Source: Felis catus (taxonomy: Eukaryota). Taken from it: 64,000 nt of DNA. Location of the stretch: the NCBI RefSeq assembly GCF_018350175.1, contig NC_058368.1, forward strand, positions 158,908,001-158,972,000, in the 5' to 3' direction. A program made the translations under genes and the position numbers. Position 1 is the stretch's first letter, and the number at the start of each line of letters is the position of its first letter. The notes beneath the pieces were generated by a model, which was given only the letters and a program-made list of their open reading frames with translations, had not been told where the DNA came from and ran no database searches. Below, one piece after another: positions 38,448-51,999 of the stretch.

Positions 38448-38546
38448 ATTTTTTATTTTTTTTAAGTTTATTTTTGAGAGAGTGCACATGAACAGGGGAG
38501 GAGCAGAGAAAGGGAAACAGAATCTGAAACAGGCTCCAGGTGCCCC
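38448..38546 (-). mobile_element. CanSINE with ~100-bp internal deletion
   Basis: GAATCTGAAACAGGCTCCAGG joined directly to TGCCCC, the element's 5' tip. Confidence 0.85.
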
Positions 38547-38691
38547 ATAAAAAATAATTTTAAATCAATGGAGTAGACATTCCTCAATACTGATCCCCAT
38601 TGCAAATTAATAATACCTGTATAAAAATTTAGTCAACTGCAATTATAAGTTTATAATTACAAATTTAAAAACTTACTGGGCAATATTGGAG

Positions 38692-38889
38692 GTTTTTTTT
38701 TATTTATTTATTTTGAGAGAGGGCACTCAACAGAGTGCAAGCAGGGAGAGGAGAAGGAGAGAGAGAATCTCAAGTAGGTTCCAAGCTCAGTGTGGAGCCC
38801 ACTGCAGGGGCTTTATCTCGTGACTGTGAGATCTTGACCTGAGCCAAAATCAATAGTTGGTCCAACTGACTGAGCCACCCAGGCACGCC
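38692..38889 (-). mobile_element. CanSINE
   Basis: Typical body ending CTGAGCCACCCAGGCACGCC. Confidence 0.9.
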
Positions 38890-40435
38890 AAAATACTTAA
38901 GTTTTTTATGTTTGCTTTGGAATACATATATTTTGAGAGACAATGAGAGAAAGGGAGAAAGAGAATTTTCCCTTATTTAATATATGTTCTTAGATTCACG
39001 AATTAAATATACCCATCTAACCATTACCTAATTGAGAAACCGAACATTCCTATCTATTGTGCATTTTTGTGATAAATTTCAAAACATTTTGGAGAGATTT
39101 TCATTTTATTGGTTGAAGGGTTGTTAGAATGAGACTGTTGTTAACAAAAGTGTATGCAAAGTTTACATAATTTTTAGACAATTTCTCCAGGAAACCATAT
39201 GTTTTGGGACTTGAACATAGTTGATTTAAAAAATGTGGTTTTTTAAGGTTTTTATCACACCTCTTACTGCTTTGAGTTCAACCTTAGCAGCTTGAGTATA
39301 TAAACATGGTATTCCTTTCCTCTTGAGGAGCATGGGACTCTAAACAGACTCTAAACATTCTAGTTGCCTTTAAGGCAATCCCCTTTTCTTTAAAGTGTAA
39401 ATGCCACCTCTGCTACCAAAGTGTAAAATGTAATCAGCCACAAGCCTCATTTCTTATTTCCATGCCTTTGAATTCACAAGAAAATTACCTTAAATTTGCG
39501 ATTAGTGTGCCACAATAGATATACTTTTATTAATATTCTTTTTTTCTGAGAAAAATGCCTAAAACTTTCATTGTGGTCATGACATGTTCATGTTGTCCTG
39601 GGTTTTTGGATCTCAGTGAGGCTATAGAACCCCTTTGAGACAGCAATGTAGCTGAGTACCCTGCAGTTCTGAGTGCTATCCAGCAAGTGGAGGCTTTGTG
39701 TTTATGATCCTATTCATGCAAATCTCTTGGATTCTGTTTTCTAAGGAGCAAAAGGCTGAAAGGGTCTGATGCCAGCAGTGCAGCCATTACCTGACTTGCA
39801 CGTTTAGACTGGGTGCTCAGAGCTATAGAACATGCAAGCAGCACTATTGATCTTTATTGATAAATTCATCCCTAAGTTCTCCTAGGTGTTTTGTTGGTTT
39901 TTAGAATAGATTTCTCCAACATGTTCTTCATCAGCAGAGAGCACGTGGACTGCCTGTTACCTGTTTCTATGAGTTGCTGAGGAGACAGGCAATCTCCAGG
40001 GTAACTGGACAAAATGAAGCACACTTACTCTGCTGTCCTCAGGACAGTGTTTGCATAAGCCTGGTGCATGTAGCGGTACCAGGTTATTGCACCAAGACCT
40101 TCTTCCTTCTCTTTATTGATTATCTGTGGAATGTATAATGAACAAATGAGTAACTAAACACTTTGATATAAAGAGATATTTGTTTCTGTGATCAAACAGT
40201 TTGTGCATGATTGAATCACTGACCTTTTAACTATCATATTAAAAAACTTACAGAACCAATACATGGAGGGACCTGTTTGTAGTGAAGGTGAACATGTGAG
40301 AATTGAGTGAAAAGAAACAAGTACCAGTGAAACATGAGGGGCATTATTACTGTTAATCTTAAAAGAGATAAAGATCTGAGAAAAGTGTAAGAAAAATGCT
40401 CAGTGTTGTAAGGAACATTGTAGATGTCTAGTCTT

Positions 40436-41195
40436 GTAATTCTCAACCTTGGGCTGCATGTTAAAATTATGCAGGTATTTTTAATATTAACTTATCATTG
40501 AAATATAACATGTACAAACCATGAGTGTTTAGCTCTATTAAGTTTCATAAAATGAATATATACCCATGTGACCATTACCAAATTCAGAAACAGAACATTC
40601 CTATTTATTAGAAGCCCTCTTACTCCTCCTAGTCATTACTGCCCTATAAAAGTAACTCCTGTCCTGATGTTGAATCCTGTAAAATATTCTTGCATATTTT
40701 TGAAATTTATATCCATGAAATAAATAATACTGTTTTATGTTCTTTTGTGTCTTTTTTTCTTTTTCCTGCTCAACACTAGGTTTGTGAGAGTCTGCAAGTA
40801 GCAGTAATGCCTTCATTCTCATTATTGTCGTATGCTTCGTATGTGAATATGGACATTTGGGTTGATTGCAGTTTTTAGATATTGCAAATAGTGCTGCCAT
40901 AAATATTGCTGTAAATATTTTGTTGGGCATATATCCAAAGTGGAATTTCTGAACCATGGTATATGTGTGTGTTCAGTGTATACAACGACTCATTTTTCAA
41001 GTAGTTATACCAAAATATACTCAGCTTCTAGTAGCTCCACATTCTTAACCCATCTAGGATCTTTAAAAAATGCCAATACCCAAAGTTTACTCAGACTTTA
41101 CCTCAGAACAATGAAATTACAGACTTTCTGAGGGTAAGATGCAAGAACTGGTTTGTGTGTGTGTGTGTGTGTGTACAATTTTTTTTTAAATCTTC
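40436..41195. mobile_element. MER5-like hAT MITE split by an old minus-strand L1M fragment (~40480-41050)
   Basis: TTCTCAACCTTGGGCTGCATGTTAAAATTA left part; ATCTTTAAAAAATGCCAATACCCA...TTTTAAATCTTCCCAGATG right part; L1 3'-type sequence in between. Confidence 0.6.
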
Positions 41196-41496
41196 CCAGA
41201 TGGTACTACGCCACTAATGTCACCAGAGAAGAGAAACAAAAAAATCATCATTCAGATGAACTCTTGAGGGTATGAAGAGATAGATGCTTTGTGCAAGCCA
41301 CCAAGACAGTGACAAGTCCAGGGCTGGATGCCAAGTTTCCAGGCTTTTTTTCCCACTGCTAGTTTCATTTGGAGGTACTTCTTCATTATTTCATTCGCAT
41401 ACTGTGAAAGTGAACTTTGACTTATCCTATACAGTTAGAGCTCTTTAGTTTACCAAGCAGTTTTTCAGGCTTTGTGAAGCAGGTAGAACAGGTATG

Positions 41497-41668
41497 AAGG
41501 ACTGGCTACAGAACTTGTGGGATCCAGTGCAAAATGAAACGGTGAGCTTCCTTGTTCAAAAGAATGATGATGAATTTCAAAAAAAATGTCAGCAGAGCAT
41601 TAAACCAAACATGGGGCCCTTTTAAGACTGGGTCCCTATGTTATTGCACACCCATGAAACTGGCCCTG
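41497..41668. mobile_element. hAT-Tip100 MITE (MER45A-like)
   Basis: GGACTGGCTAC...CCAGTGCAAAATGAAA...CAGAGCATTAAACCAAAC...CCCATGAAACTGGCCCTG. Confidence 0.8.
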
Positions 41669-42655
41669 CAGGCGCTATTACTTGCAAGTTTCAGATGAAA
41701 AAACAAGGCTCAATGACTTGGTTAGTGGTTAAGAGTAGAAACAGGTCTGATGATGCCTACTTTGTCTTTCTGGTCTAGAAGGTGGCTCTGTCCCTTTTCT
41801 CAAGGATTTTCAAGATAAAATGAATAAAAATGATACAGACTAAATGTAAAATGCTCACAGGAAGGGAACATTTGTTTTTAAACAAGGTGGATAGGGGGTC
41901 ATTTTGGACAAGTAGTAAAGAATGAATTTTGAGAAAATGCGATCCAGCTCACTGCTGTTAAACCTGCCATACCTTAACACTCCGTGCCTTAATACTCTTT
42001 GGACATTTCTTTTGCATTTTCTGAAACATTTGGTTGATAAACTTTATCCAGATGTTTGGACCCTCTCAGTAGGTGCCTCCTTACGTCTTGTGTTGAGGTG
42101 GTGGAAGAAACAGATGGAAATAACTACTCTTTTGGGGGAATAAAATCTTATATATGGAAATATGATGGAACTATCAAATGGGCATAGAGTTGGGAAAGTA
42201 TTTTAAGGAGTAACTGCAAATTCTACGTGTCGTATGATTAAGTAGGAATAATGATAACCTGCCCCTGCCATCTCCAAGAAATCCCTCCCTGCCATCCTCC
42301 CAAGTTATTTTTATAAGCCTATGACTAGCCTATTTAGGAATACTTTTGAATGACAAGAAATAATATTTGACTATGCTTGTTTCCCTTTAAAATGGTATAG
42401 ATATATTTTTTAATTAATGGCTTCAGCTGAATTAGTTTGTCTCCTGAAGGCATGCAAAGCCATTTCTGACTTCTGAGAATGGCTTCTCTCCCACACAAAG
42501 ACACTTATAGCCCTTCCATCCCACAAGAGTGAGGACTCAGGAGTCAGAATTCAAGACTCAAGACTGGAGCCATCAGATAATTGATTTAAGGGGTCTAAAG
42601 CTCTTAAAGAAATCACTTATCCTCTTTATGTTAATTTCTCTATTGTAAAATGGGA

Positions 42656-42893
42656 TGTTATGGGCTGAATTGTGTTCTCCTCAACTCTAAATTTATATAT
42701 TGAGGTCCTAACCCCTGATACCTAAGACTGACTATATTTGAAGATACAGCCTTTAAAGAGATGTCAGATGAAATAAAGATATTAAGGTAGCCCTAATATC
42801 TTGATATCTGACTTCTGGCCTCTAGAATTGTTGAGAAAATAAGTTTGTTTTTTAAGCCACCCAGTCTGTGGTTAGTCCTAGCAAACTGATGCA
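42656..42893 (+). mobile_element. MaLR LTR (MLT1A/B-like), internally deleted
   Basis: TGTTATGGGCTGAATTGTG start and TTTAAGCCACCCAGTCTGTGG...CTAGCAAACTGATGCA end. Confidence 0.8.
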
Positions 42894-45800
42894 GAGGTTA
42901 ATATAATAACAGGGACTTCAAAGATGGTATTATGGAATAAATGAATTTGATATGTTAGTTAACTGTGAAGTATAAAGCGAATGTTATTCCTATAGCTGCC
43001 AACTTGTATTTGTCTCTCCCTAGCACATAGTCTACTGGTCTTCCTTTATCTCCTTCTTCATTACACTCTCCAGTTTTTGCCATCAACATGGAACATGACT
43101 CCTAAAGAAAATATTATTTAATTCAAAAGTGAAAGATCTATACCATCAGGTATTTCTCCAATTGTGTTTGCTTACTTAGCAACTTCTATTTTAAATCTAA
43201 ATAAGAAGCGTCAAGTGTCTCTTTCCTTGCTGAGAGGTCAAATCTAAAGTAGGCACCCAGTTTTAGATGTGCTCCGGGGTCTAGTGTGTCTTAACTGAGT
43301 TGGACCTATTCCTACCTACTCCCCACTTGTCATTCATACTAAAACAGGAATTTGAGAAAGAGGATAAATTAATGTTTTTAAGGGTAATCCCCCCGATAGC
43401 TTTTGCTGAAGAACCATTTTTCTTGTTTGCTATCCTTAATAAAAGTCCTCATTTTACTCAGTAGATTATGCTAATAGTACCTTGAGAATAGCTAGTATTT
43501 ATATAGCAGAGTTTCCCTAGAAGCTCAAAGCACTATATAAATATTGTCTTATTAAAAACTCATACATCCCCATGAATTAGGTTGGTGGCTGCTGCAGTTT
43601 CCCTGATGTGCAGATGGAGAAACAGAGGGTGAGAGAGTTTTGCAAAATCAGCAAAGCTGGGAGGGAAATACAGAAAAGCATTGCCTTCTCACATTTGGTG
43701 AAAAAACATCAAGCCAATTCCCCAGATTTTCACAAACTGAGAGGCATTAAGCATAAAGTCACAAGCCTGTGTTTTGATGAGTAACTAAAACATTATAAAG
43801 GGTCATTGCTTTTCTTTGGGGACTGGGGCCATGTTTTAGTGGGTGGAGGGAGGCACTGAGAAGTACTTATAAAGTCTTACAAGTAGAACGTGACTTGTCT
43901 GGCTTTTTCTTGGTTGCTCATCTTGCTACAGAGCACTGCTGGTTTTTTCAGGTCACTTTTGATACTCTCATTTCTGAATTAATGTCTTCAGTAATCCTTT
44001 CACAGCATTGCTTACAACAAGGTCTCATCACAACCATTCTATTTACTGGGGCTCTGTTCTGATGTAGTCAGCAATCTCCTGATTGAAGGGTGTAATCCTG
44101 CATCTATTTCCCATTCTTGTAGTGAATTGGTCTTCCTTTGTCTTTATCTCCTCCTCTGCAAATCTTGCATGGGTTAGTTACAGGCCTACAAAAACTAACA
44201 AACAAGCTTTTCAAATTAATAGCTAATAAAAATTGGTTAATAAAGTCTACAAATTAACAGCACAGAATACCATTATAGCTGTACCATCGAGCAATTGAAA
44301 ACAGATTAAGCATGAAAGAGTTGCTGGTTTAAGGTTTCTTCTGCCCCAGGAAATAATTGGTTAATGGAAATAACAGTGGAGATGGTAATGCAAAAGCAGT
44401 CCAAAGCTGAGAAAGAAGCCAGAGGGGAACCAGGACCCTGCAAGTGGATTTCCCGCTTGCTAGTCAAAGCTGAGTAGAAATTGTGACTGCAGGACTGACT
44501 GGTTTTTATTGTAATATTTAGCTCCTAAAATCTGGTGAACAGCTTCTCTACTGGCTCAGATAATGCCTACTGCCACACATGTGCAGTTAGAGAAAGGACT
44601 CTTACTTTTGGCTGAAAGCTTTCTGATGGAAGATACTTCATTAGAAAAGCAGCAGCAGCCCTCACCTGCAGTGAAGTGGGGATACACCACAGATTTTCAT
44701 TCAGCATTTTCACAGCACAGCACATTCAGATGTGCTTCACTTAATTGCTTCTTGAAAGGTTTTGAGATTTGTGCCATGGATGGAATGTTTCTGAGGTTTT
44801 GTTCTCGACAACATAAAAATACATCTCCCTCTGTCTTTTCTTATAAATTACGAAAGACTAATTTTTTTTTGTTCCGTCTTCAGACTCATTGTAAAAGTAT
44901 CATTTCCTTTTAAGTTTTTTTTTTAAAGACAAGATTATTAACTCCCTATATGGATTTTTTTTAAAAAAAGAATAAAATAAGTTTTATTTCCTAACACCTA
45001 CTACTGAATTTTCTTGAGAAATTAATAAAGGAATTTGTTAGAGATTGCAAAGAATATACTCTCTTTAATTGAGCAAATGCTAACCTTTTGCATGAGAGCA
45101 AAATCTTATCTGCAACTAGCTTTTAAAAGACAAAATCAGAAACTGTATATTGTTAGAATTCCAAGAAAATTTTCACAGGAAAAATAGTATGCATAAATCT
45201 CAAAATTTATTCAACAGATTACATGTTAAAAATAAAATTACAGCTAATTCTTGTTGTTAACATATATTAAAGTACTTAAAAATCCCTAATTACTTCATTC
45301 TAAGGTTCTTACCCAATTTGTTCAGAGACATTATCTCTTTTCACACAATGACATTTCTATCAATGATCTTTTTCTTTTTGCATAAAAAATAATTTTGCAC
45401 TGTTGAAAAAAGTAGGACAATGACAGATTTGAGAAAAATGTAGAGAAGAAATCCAGTGTGGTCAGTATTATTGGCCATTTGAAGGACCCCAAAATAGGAA
45501 AGTGAGATGCTTTGACCTAACTGGTTCATATGTCCACCCTGTGTTCCAGAAGAGTAAGCCCATCCATTGAGTTTCTGCTAGGTAGATATGCCCAGAGAGA
45601 GGGGCAGGAGAATTAAGGCTTGGGAGTATGATGCAGCTCAGTCATCACTTGCTTTCACCAGTGCACTGGACTTTGTCAGCATCAGAAGGTTCCCATAACC
45701 TAATAGCTCATCTTTTGGTGGTCCATACTATATGCCAGGAATTGTTCAAAGCACTTCATATAAATTAAATATTTTAATCTAATGATGAGAATGGGTCCTC

Positions 45801-48800
45801 ATGTCTTCTCATTCTCACTCACCTTGTATACATACACCTATAAACGTACATGTGCATATTTATTACACACATACATGTATGTATTAGCTCTTGATTTTTA
45901 ATAAAATGCGTATTATATGTATGTATAATAATATATGTATATATTATGGTGTATATATATATTAGCTTTTGATTTTCAAAAAAATCAAGGACACTTAGAT
46001 CCCGTCTCCTTTGGCAGCCCTTTTCTGTGTGACCGCACAGTGGCTGCTCCTGTGATGCCACTGATATAGGGACTCAGCAAGCCATGGCCTTTTATAGACC
46101 TGCTGGGGTTTTGTGCCTGTCACACTCCTGCATTTTAAAATGCTTGAAGGTGAGGATAATTTTTGACACATTTTGGTGTGCCAGGGAGCTCTCCCAGACC
46201 TGGCACAGAGCACATGCTCATCTGTTTGCTGTGGAGTTAGAACCTGACTGGCACTTTGAAAAAAGAGTGGAATTGTGGTTGGCAGTGTTCAATGGAATTA
46301 TTTATTTCCAAGATCACATGTTATATTTGCTCTGTCAAATCAAGATTCTCTCCTCAAGACTCAAATTCCAATCAACTGAATGTATAAATATGGCTAGAAA
46401 CTGGAAAATGAGATTATACAGATAACTGGACATTTATTCAAAGATTAAATGGCTGTACTCTTTTCCTCATGCAACTGGCTTTACTCATCTTTATTTATAA
46501 TTTAAAACTAACTTCTATGGCTTTTATAAAAATATTACTTACTTCCTTTAACTTTAAAAAGTGAATTTCACTGAGTTCAGTATAATCATTGATGCCTCAG
46601 ATCAATTGAACAAAAAGGACTTTGAGTATTCCAGATTTGAAACCCAGATATGTTAAATGGTTGGGTTAGAGTCACACATTAAGTTGCCAGCAGAGTCAGA
46701 CATATTCAGGCCTAGTGACCATCATGCTCAAATTAAAAATTCAGTAAATATTTGTTGGGTGAATGGATTATTCTGATGGGGCACTGACTGATGACAACAG
46801 AAACTGGTTTAAATACCTGGTGTGTCCACAGTTGTGCCTATTGACTAAATATCAGCTCTTAGAGCCATGAAGCTAACCACTGTGATGGCATCAAGTAGGG
46901 CAGATACCCAGGGCCTAGGGTTCATTTTTGGTTCCTGGTGGTCCGTGCTTTCCAGTATATCATGTCTCAATGCAGATAGAAATGAAGTGAGATTATAGTA
47001 GAAAGTCAGACTAACTTGGTTTATTATCACCAAATGGCTGAAAATGAGACTGAGGAAAGTGAGTCCTATAGGTAGAATAATTAAAGTGTAACCTAAAACA
47101 TGGCAGACACATGAGTGAGGCTGAAACTCAAATGAGAAAGAAGTCAGGAAGTTCTAGAAATCATGGATGTCTATAAATAAAGTTATCATTTAATAGATAA
47201 GGGAATCCCTAAAACATTTCCTAGAATGATTTGCTTAGCGTTCAAACTAAGAAGGGACTAAGGAAGAAGTTAATAGTTGTAGTTGATTTGCTAGGAAATA
47301 TCTTTAATGACATTTTTTGGTTTCAGCATTCAACTGCCTCTGTAGAATCCCAATTCACTGATCGCTAGAATAGCAGAGTCCTTAGCAATGAGATGAAAGA
47401 CATTCTCTAAAGAAAAGCATGATACATGAACATTTTTCCTCTTAGTTTTGAAATGTTATCATGCAAAGTAGAGTGGATTGATCACTCTACTCAATTATGA
47501 GCCAGCGTAATCCTGCTAGGACATCAGTTTTTTCCTCCTTTATCACTGCAAAAAGTCAATAAATGATGTATAAAGGTTAATACACCTAGAAGTAATGATA
47601 CAAGATTTTCTAAGATTACCAGTATTACAACAGAAACAGAAACAATTAGCAAAATTAAAATGGTTTTCCCTTTGCCAGCAGGAATAGGAGATGTAAAAAG
47701 CATGACAATTACTTACTGTCCTTTAAAATAAGGCTTTTCTACTAGTTTTTGTTTGAGCCTTATGCACACATTACTTTAATAAATATTTTTAATATCAAGA
47801 AATATATTTTTTCCCCAGAGTGAATGCTGTGCTAGGAGTCAGAAATTTGAATGAAATGGGGGTGGGGTGGGTTAAAAGGACATGCCAATAGACCCCAGTC
47901 TCATTTTTAATGAATGGAAGTTGTTCAGTCAAATGAAGATATGTTTCACTTTCCCAGTGCCTCCCATTTCTCTCTAGAGCTATTTAGTGATTCATCCTTA
48001 CAATAACGGGTTTAGTAGAGGTAAATGTAAGGAGTGAAAAACTATAATGTACCAAAAGCCAAATCCAAATGCTTTTTTAGTCACTGTTTTATACTGACGA
48101 TATTACTGTTCCCTCAGTTGGTGTAAATAATGACTCAAAGGCATTTCGAACTTCTTAATATTCTACTAAATAAACACAGCTATATAATGCACATCTAAAC
48201 ATTGATTGAATTTCCCTGAAAAGGAAAAGCAGCTGATACATTTCTTACCTTGTTTAATCTTCCACCTGAGGCATTCTAGACATGTCTCTTGGTCAGTTTG
48301 CCTGAATTGTAAATAATATGAACGTGTATACCTATTGACTACCCAGGACACAATAATGTTATTGATCATCCACACATTCACACCTAGATAATTATCACTG
48401 AAATTATCAGACCTTCTGAAATCTGAGCCATATGCCACCAACTCATAAATTAAAGCTGGAGCTCAGTGAAAGGTAGAGGGTCTCTGTGCACAGAGATGGG
48501 ATGCTGGGTTGCTTTTGCCCCATTACTCCTTGTGAACTCTAGGGAGGAATACCTTTACTGTGAATCCCTCAATTGGCTGGATTCCAAGAAGCTGCAGCTA
48601 TGGTTTGACATTCACTCACTGTTAGTGGAAGGCAGTGTGATTTAGACAAAGGAGAAAGCTGACAGCCTCACTCTGAAGTGTATGGATATTTAAAACAATG
48701 TTAGTGTTTGCACATGACTGGTAAATAGTGATTTGTCATGCTTAGACTGAATGAATTTTGTATATACTTTGCTTTTGTCTTTTGAATCACTAAATAAAGG

Positions 48801-49194
48801 GTAGAAAGAGTCCTTTAACCTCATAAGCATATCATTTCCACTATAAAACTAGCTGTACCTTGTTTTAGTCAATTGACACAAATTAATAATTTATACTTAA
48901 AAAGGATTGCATGTGAATCTTTAATCTCTAATTTCATATTGTACTTTCCAGGTGCATGAGCTGAGGTTATAATAACCAAATCTTCTGTTTCCTAATTACA
49001 GGGCCTTTTACAGTTAATCTACCCATATTGGCTCTTGATTTCCTCAGCTCTAGAGGAAGGCTTGGGTCAAAATAGAGTGAATGTTTTATTCTAACAGCAC
49101 CTTGTTATGGAGGCAGGCCTTAAAAACTTAAAATAGTTATTCAATGTTTAGAGTTCAGATGGGGGGGTTCCTAATAATTTATGGTTTTGGTGTA

Positions 49195-49455
49195 TTTTGA
49201 AAAAATTCTCAATATCTAGCAACACTGGGACCAATAAGCACTTGTGGGCAAGCAGCTACTGAGCCATTTAGATGCATCATGTGCTCTCCAGTGTGCCACA
49301 TTCCTGCTGCCCCTTGCTCGATTCCAAACACTGAGGCATAATGATAGTTGCCATTTATGCAGCCCTTGCATCGCTAGGTTTTCCTACAGCTGACTTGGTT
49401 TTCTCATTTATATTCCTTGTCTTGTCCTGTGAGCATGTATTTGCAACCTTTGGAG
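49195..49455. mobile_element. hAT-Charlie relic (MER102-like)
   Basis: GCAACACTGGG...GTGCTCTCCAGTGTGCCACA...TTGCCATTTAT...ATTTGCAACC pattern. Confidence 0.55.
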
Positions 49456-49599
49456 ACTAAGCTCTAAAAATTCTATGATTCATGACTTTATTTCTCAGAA
49501 ATGGTCAGGAATAATCTAACAACACAACAAGAAATTTTGTTAAGTCATAAGTTTTTTTCTTAAATACCAAAAAGATTGGTTTGGGTGGTTTCCCATTAA

Positions 49600-49923
49600 C
49601 TATACATGAAAGAGGCTGGTATTTTGCTGGCATCGGCTGGAGTCTGCCTAAGTCCTAGAGACTGCCTATAGTTTATTGCTACATGGATTTTTCTGATATA
49701 AGGACTCACCTCAACAATCCAGCAGGAAGAGTCTATTTCTCCAGTTGCTAAAATTGGTGTCTTACAAAATTTAACCTAATCATGGGAGTGACCAGCTATC
49801 ACCTTTGCATATTCTATTGATTCGAAGCAAGTCACAGGTTCCACTTGCACTAAGGAGATTGCACAAAGGTATAAACAACAGTAGGTGGGAATCACTGGAG
49901 GTCCCTCTAAGTTATCTGCCACA
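49600..49923 (-). mobile_element. MaLR LTR fragment (MLT1G/H-like)
   Basis: CACCTTTGCATATTCTATTGATTCGAAGCAAGTCAC...GGTGGGAATCACTGGAGG...CTGCCACA. Confidence 0.65.
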
Positions 49924-50759
49924 AAAATATTTTCTACTTCAGTAAACATGTATTCAGCACTTAACACATGCAGACTTCATTCAATTAATGAAAAAAGAAA
50001 GAACATTAAAGTGATTAAGTGCTTTTATAAGTGGAAAGTTGAATTAAGATACGGTCCTTTCTTTCTAGAAACTTACAGTCTAACATGAAAGCCAACAAGT
50101 TTATAATCCCATTTGTGCTCTAAAAAGTATTTAAAATATCTTTAGAATGTGTTTCTGAATCTCTTGAATCAAAATTTGTGTATTAGACCATATTTTCTTA
50201 AGACAGTGGACTAAAAATTTCAACAAATTATTTAAAATGCATTAGGTTCTTTTGCTTACCTCTAACCAGCAAAATGAATTTGATGATTATTGTAGATTGT
50301 GGCTTCCATTCTTCACCTCATCTTTTATATCATAAGTATGATAAAAATTGATAAGGTAAAACAGTCCATGCCAGGCAAGGAAGAGGTGTTCAATACATGT
50401 TTTAAAAAATATGTGCTTATCCTCTTCCTTATGGAATAGGAAGCTATCAATGAAGAAATGACGTTAGAAATCCTCAGAAAATTATTTGTAAATACTTAAA
50501 CATCACACTGAGTTTCTCAAGGTGGATTGTCTATGGAAAAGATATTAAACCATGTATCAAAATAAGACCTGTATTTCTGTTTTACTTGAGTTCACTAGTG
50601 CCTAACACATCTTAATCTGTCTGCACCTACTCTATAGTTCTCAGGGAAAAAAAGAAAAAACAGATTTCATATTTCAACTACTGACACAAATTTCTACAAA
50701 TCATACCTCAGTCAAGGAATTTAATTGCAGCAACTCCTATAAGATGCAAATATGTGGAA

Positions 50760-50762
50760 TAC

Positions 50763-50809
<47 letters not shown>

Positions 50810-50879
50810 TATATATACATATATATGTATGTATATATATGTGTGTGTGTGTATATGTATATGTATATATATGTATGTA
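50760..50879. repeat. Compound (TA)n(CA)n/(TG)n(TA)n microsatellite
   Basis: Directly visible; alternating purine-pyrimidine throughout. Confidence 0.92.
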
Positions 50880-51848
50880 GTCTCTACCTAATGTGATCAT
50901 ACCAAAATTTCCCTGGGACTAATGAGACCTTTGATTACTACAGAGTCAGCATGTGGCCCTTAATTAAGAGAAGACAAAAGTGCTTTTCACATTTTTACCA
51001 AGGAGAAAAGTAGATTATTGTTCACACTGTGCTTAAAATTTATACACTAGAATTTGCCCTGTACGTTTTTCTCTTAGAGACAAACTTATATATATATATT
51101 CTAGGTTCTTGTCAATAGCAAAATTAAGAATGTTAATGGATGAGCCACTGTTCCCTATTGAAAATAAGGCTGTATAGTATGTGCCCAGGTGTTTGCTATT
51201 TCTTAGAGGAAAATGTGACTGTGTTGGTCTTATTTTTTTTATACTTATCTTGTGGATCAGACATTCCAATCTAAATTATTTGGTTAAATCAGCTTTCAAC
51301 ATGCATTCTTGCCAGCCTGTTCTCTTTGGTTTGAAGCTTCTATTCATTTTTACTGAGTTTAAAGGAAAAAAAATGCTCAATTTAGCATATTTTTTTCTTT
51401 ATTGCTGAGCTGCAGGATATTCAGATTAGATGACTAAATAAGCTTTATCCCCATTTTATGGAGGAAAACAAGACTTGGGATGTTAAAAGTCCTGCCTAGT
51501 GCCTCCTGATGGCTCTGGTGTTTGGGATGAATAAATAGGAGAGACATGAATATAAATGTGTTGATTATGACAGTGAAGGAATCAGAATCTCTTTTATTAC
51601 ATCAGATATGCTATTTGCACGCACATGTGAATATAGTAGATGAATATTATAGATTCACATTTTACATTTGCAGCTGGAGAAAATGCTGTATGTAAATAAG
51701 GCCATGCATATGCACTCCATTCCGAATCACCTAGTAGCTGATTGAATTTTCTGAGTTCAGGCTTCTCTTCCAGTCATTTCATTGGATACAGAATTCCATC
51801 AGTCAGTTGCTTCATTTGTAAATATCTCCTTATTTAAAATTCCCCACT

Positions 51849-51999
51849 GGGGTGCCTGGGTGGCTTAGGTGGTTAAGTGTCCCACTCTTCATTTTGGCTC
51901 AGGTCAAGATCTCATCCTTTGTGAGTTCAAGCCTCTTGTAGGCAGAGCCTACTAGGGATTCTCTCTTTCCGTCTCTCTCTGTCTCTCTGGAAAAAAAAA
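51849..51999 (+). mobile_element. CanSINE (shortened)
   Basis: GGGGTGCCTGGGTGGCT head; AAAAT(T)CCCCA on both flanks. Confidence 0.88.

Noticed and set aside
39336..39357. Short tandem duplication (GACTCTAAACA x2; similar at ~18252, ~52184, ~60794)
   Set aside because: Ordinary slippage duplications with no array structure.
45815..45835. Strong minus-strand donor AAG|GTGAGT
   Set aside because: Upstream sequence is TA/TG low-complexity DNA with no plausible acceptor.
47467..47491. 9-bp hairpin AGTAGAGTG...CACTCTACT
   Set aside because: Too short to be distinguished from chance in 64 kb.
48244..48310. Minus-strand segment between a CAG and AAG|GTAAGA
   Set aside because: Poor polypyrimidine tract, stops in two frames, and no recognisable peptide.
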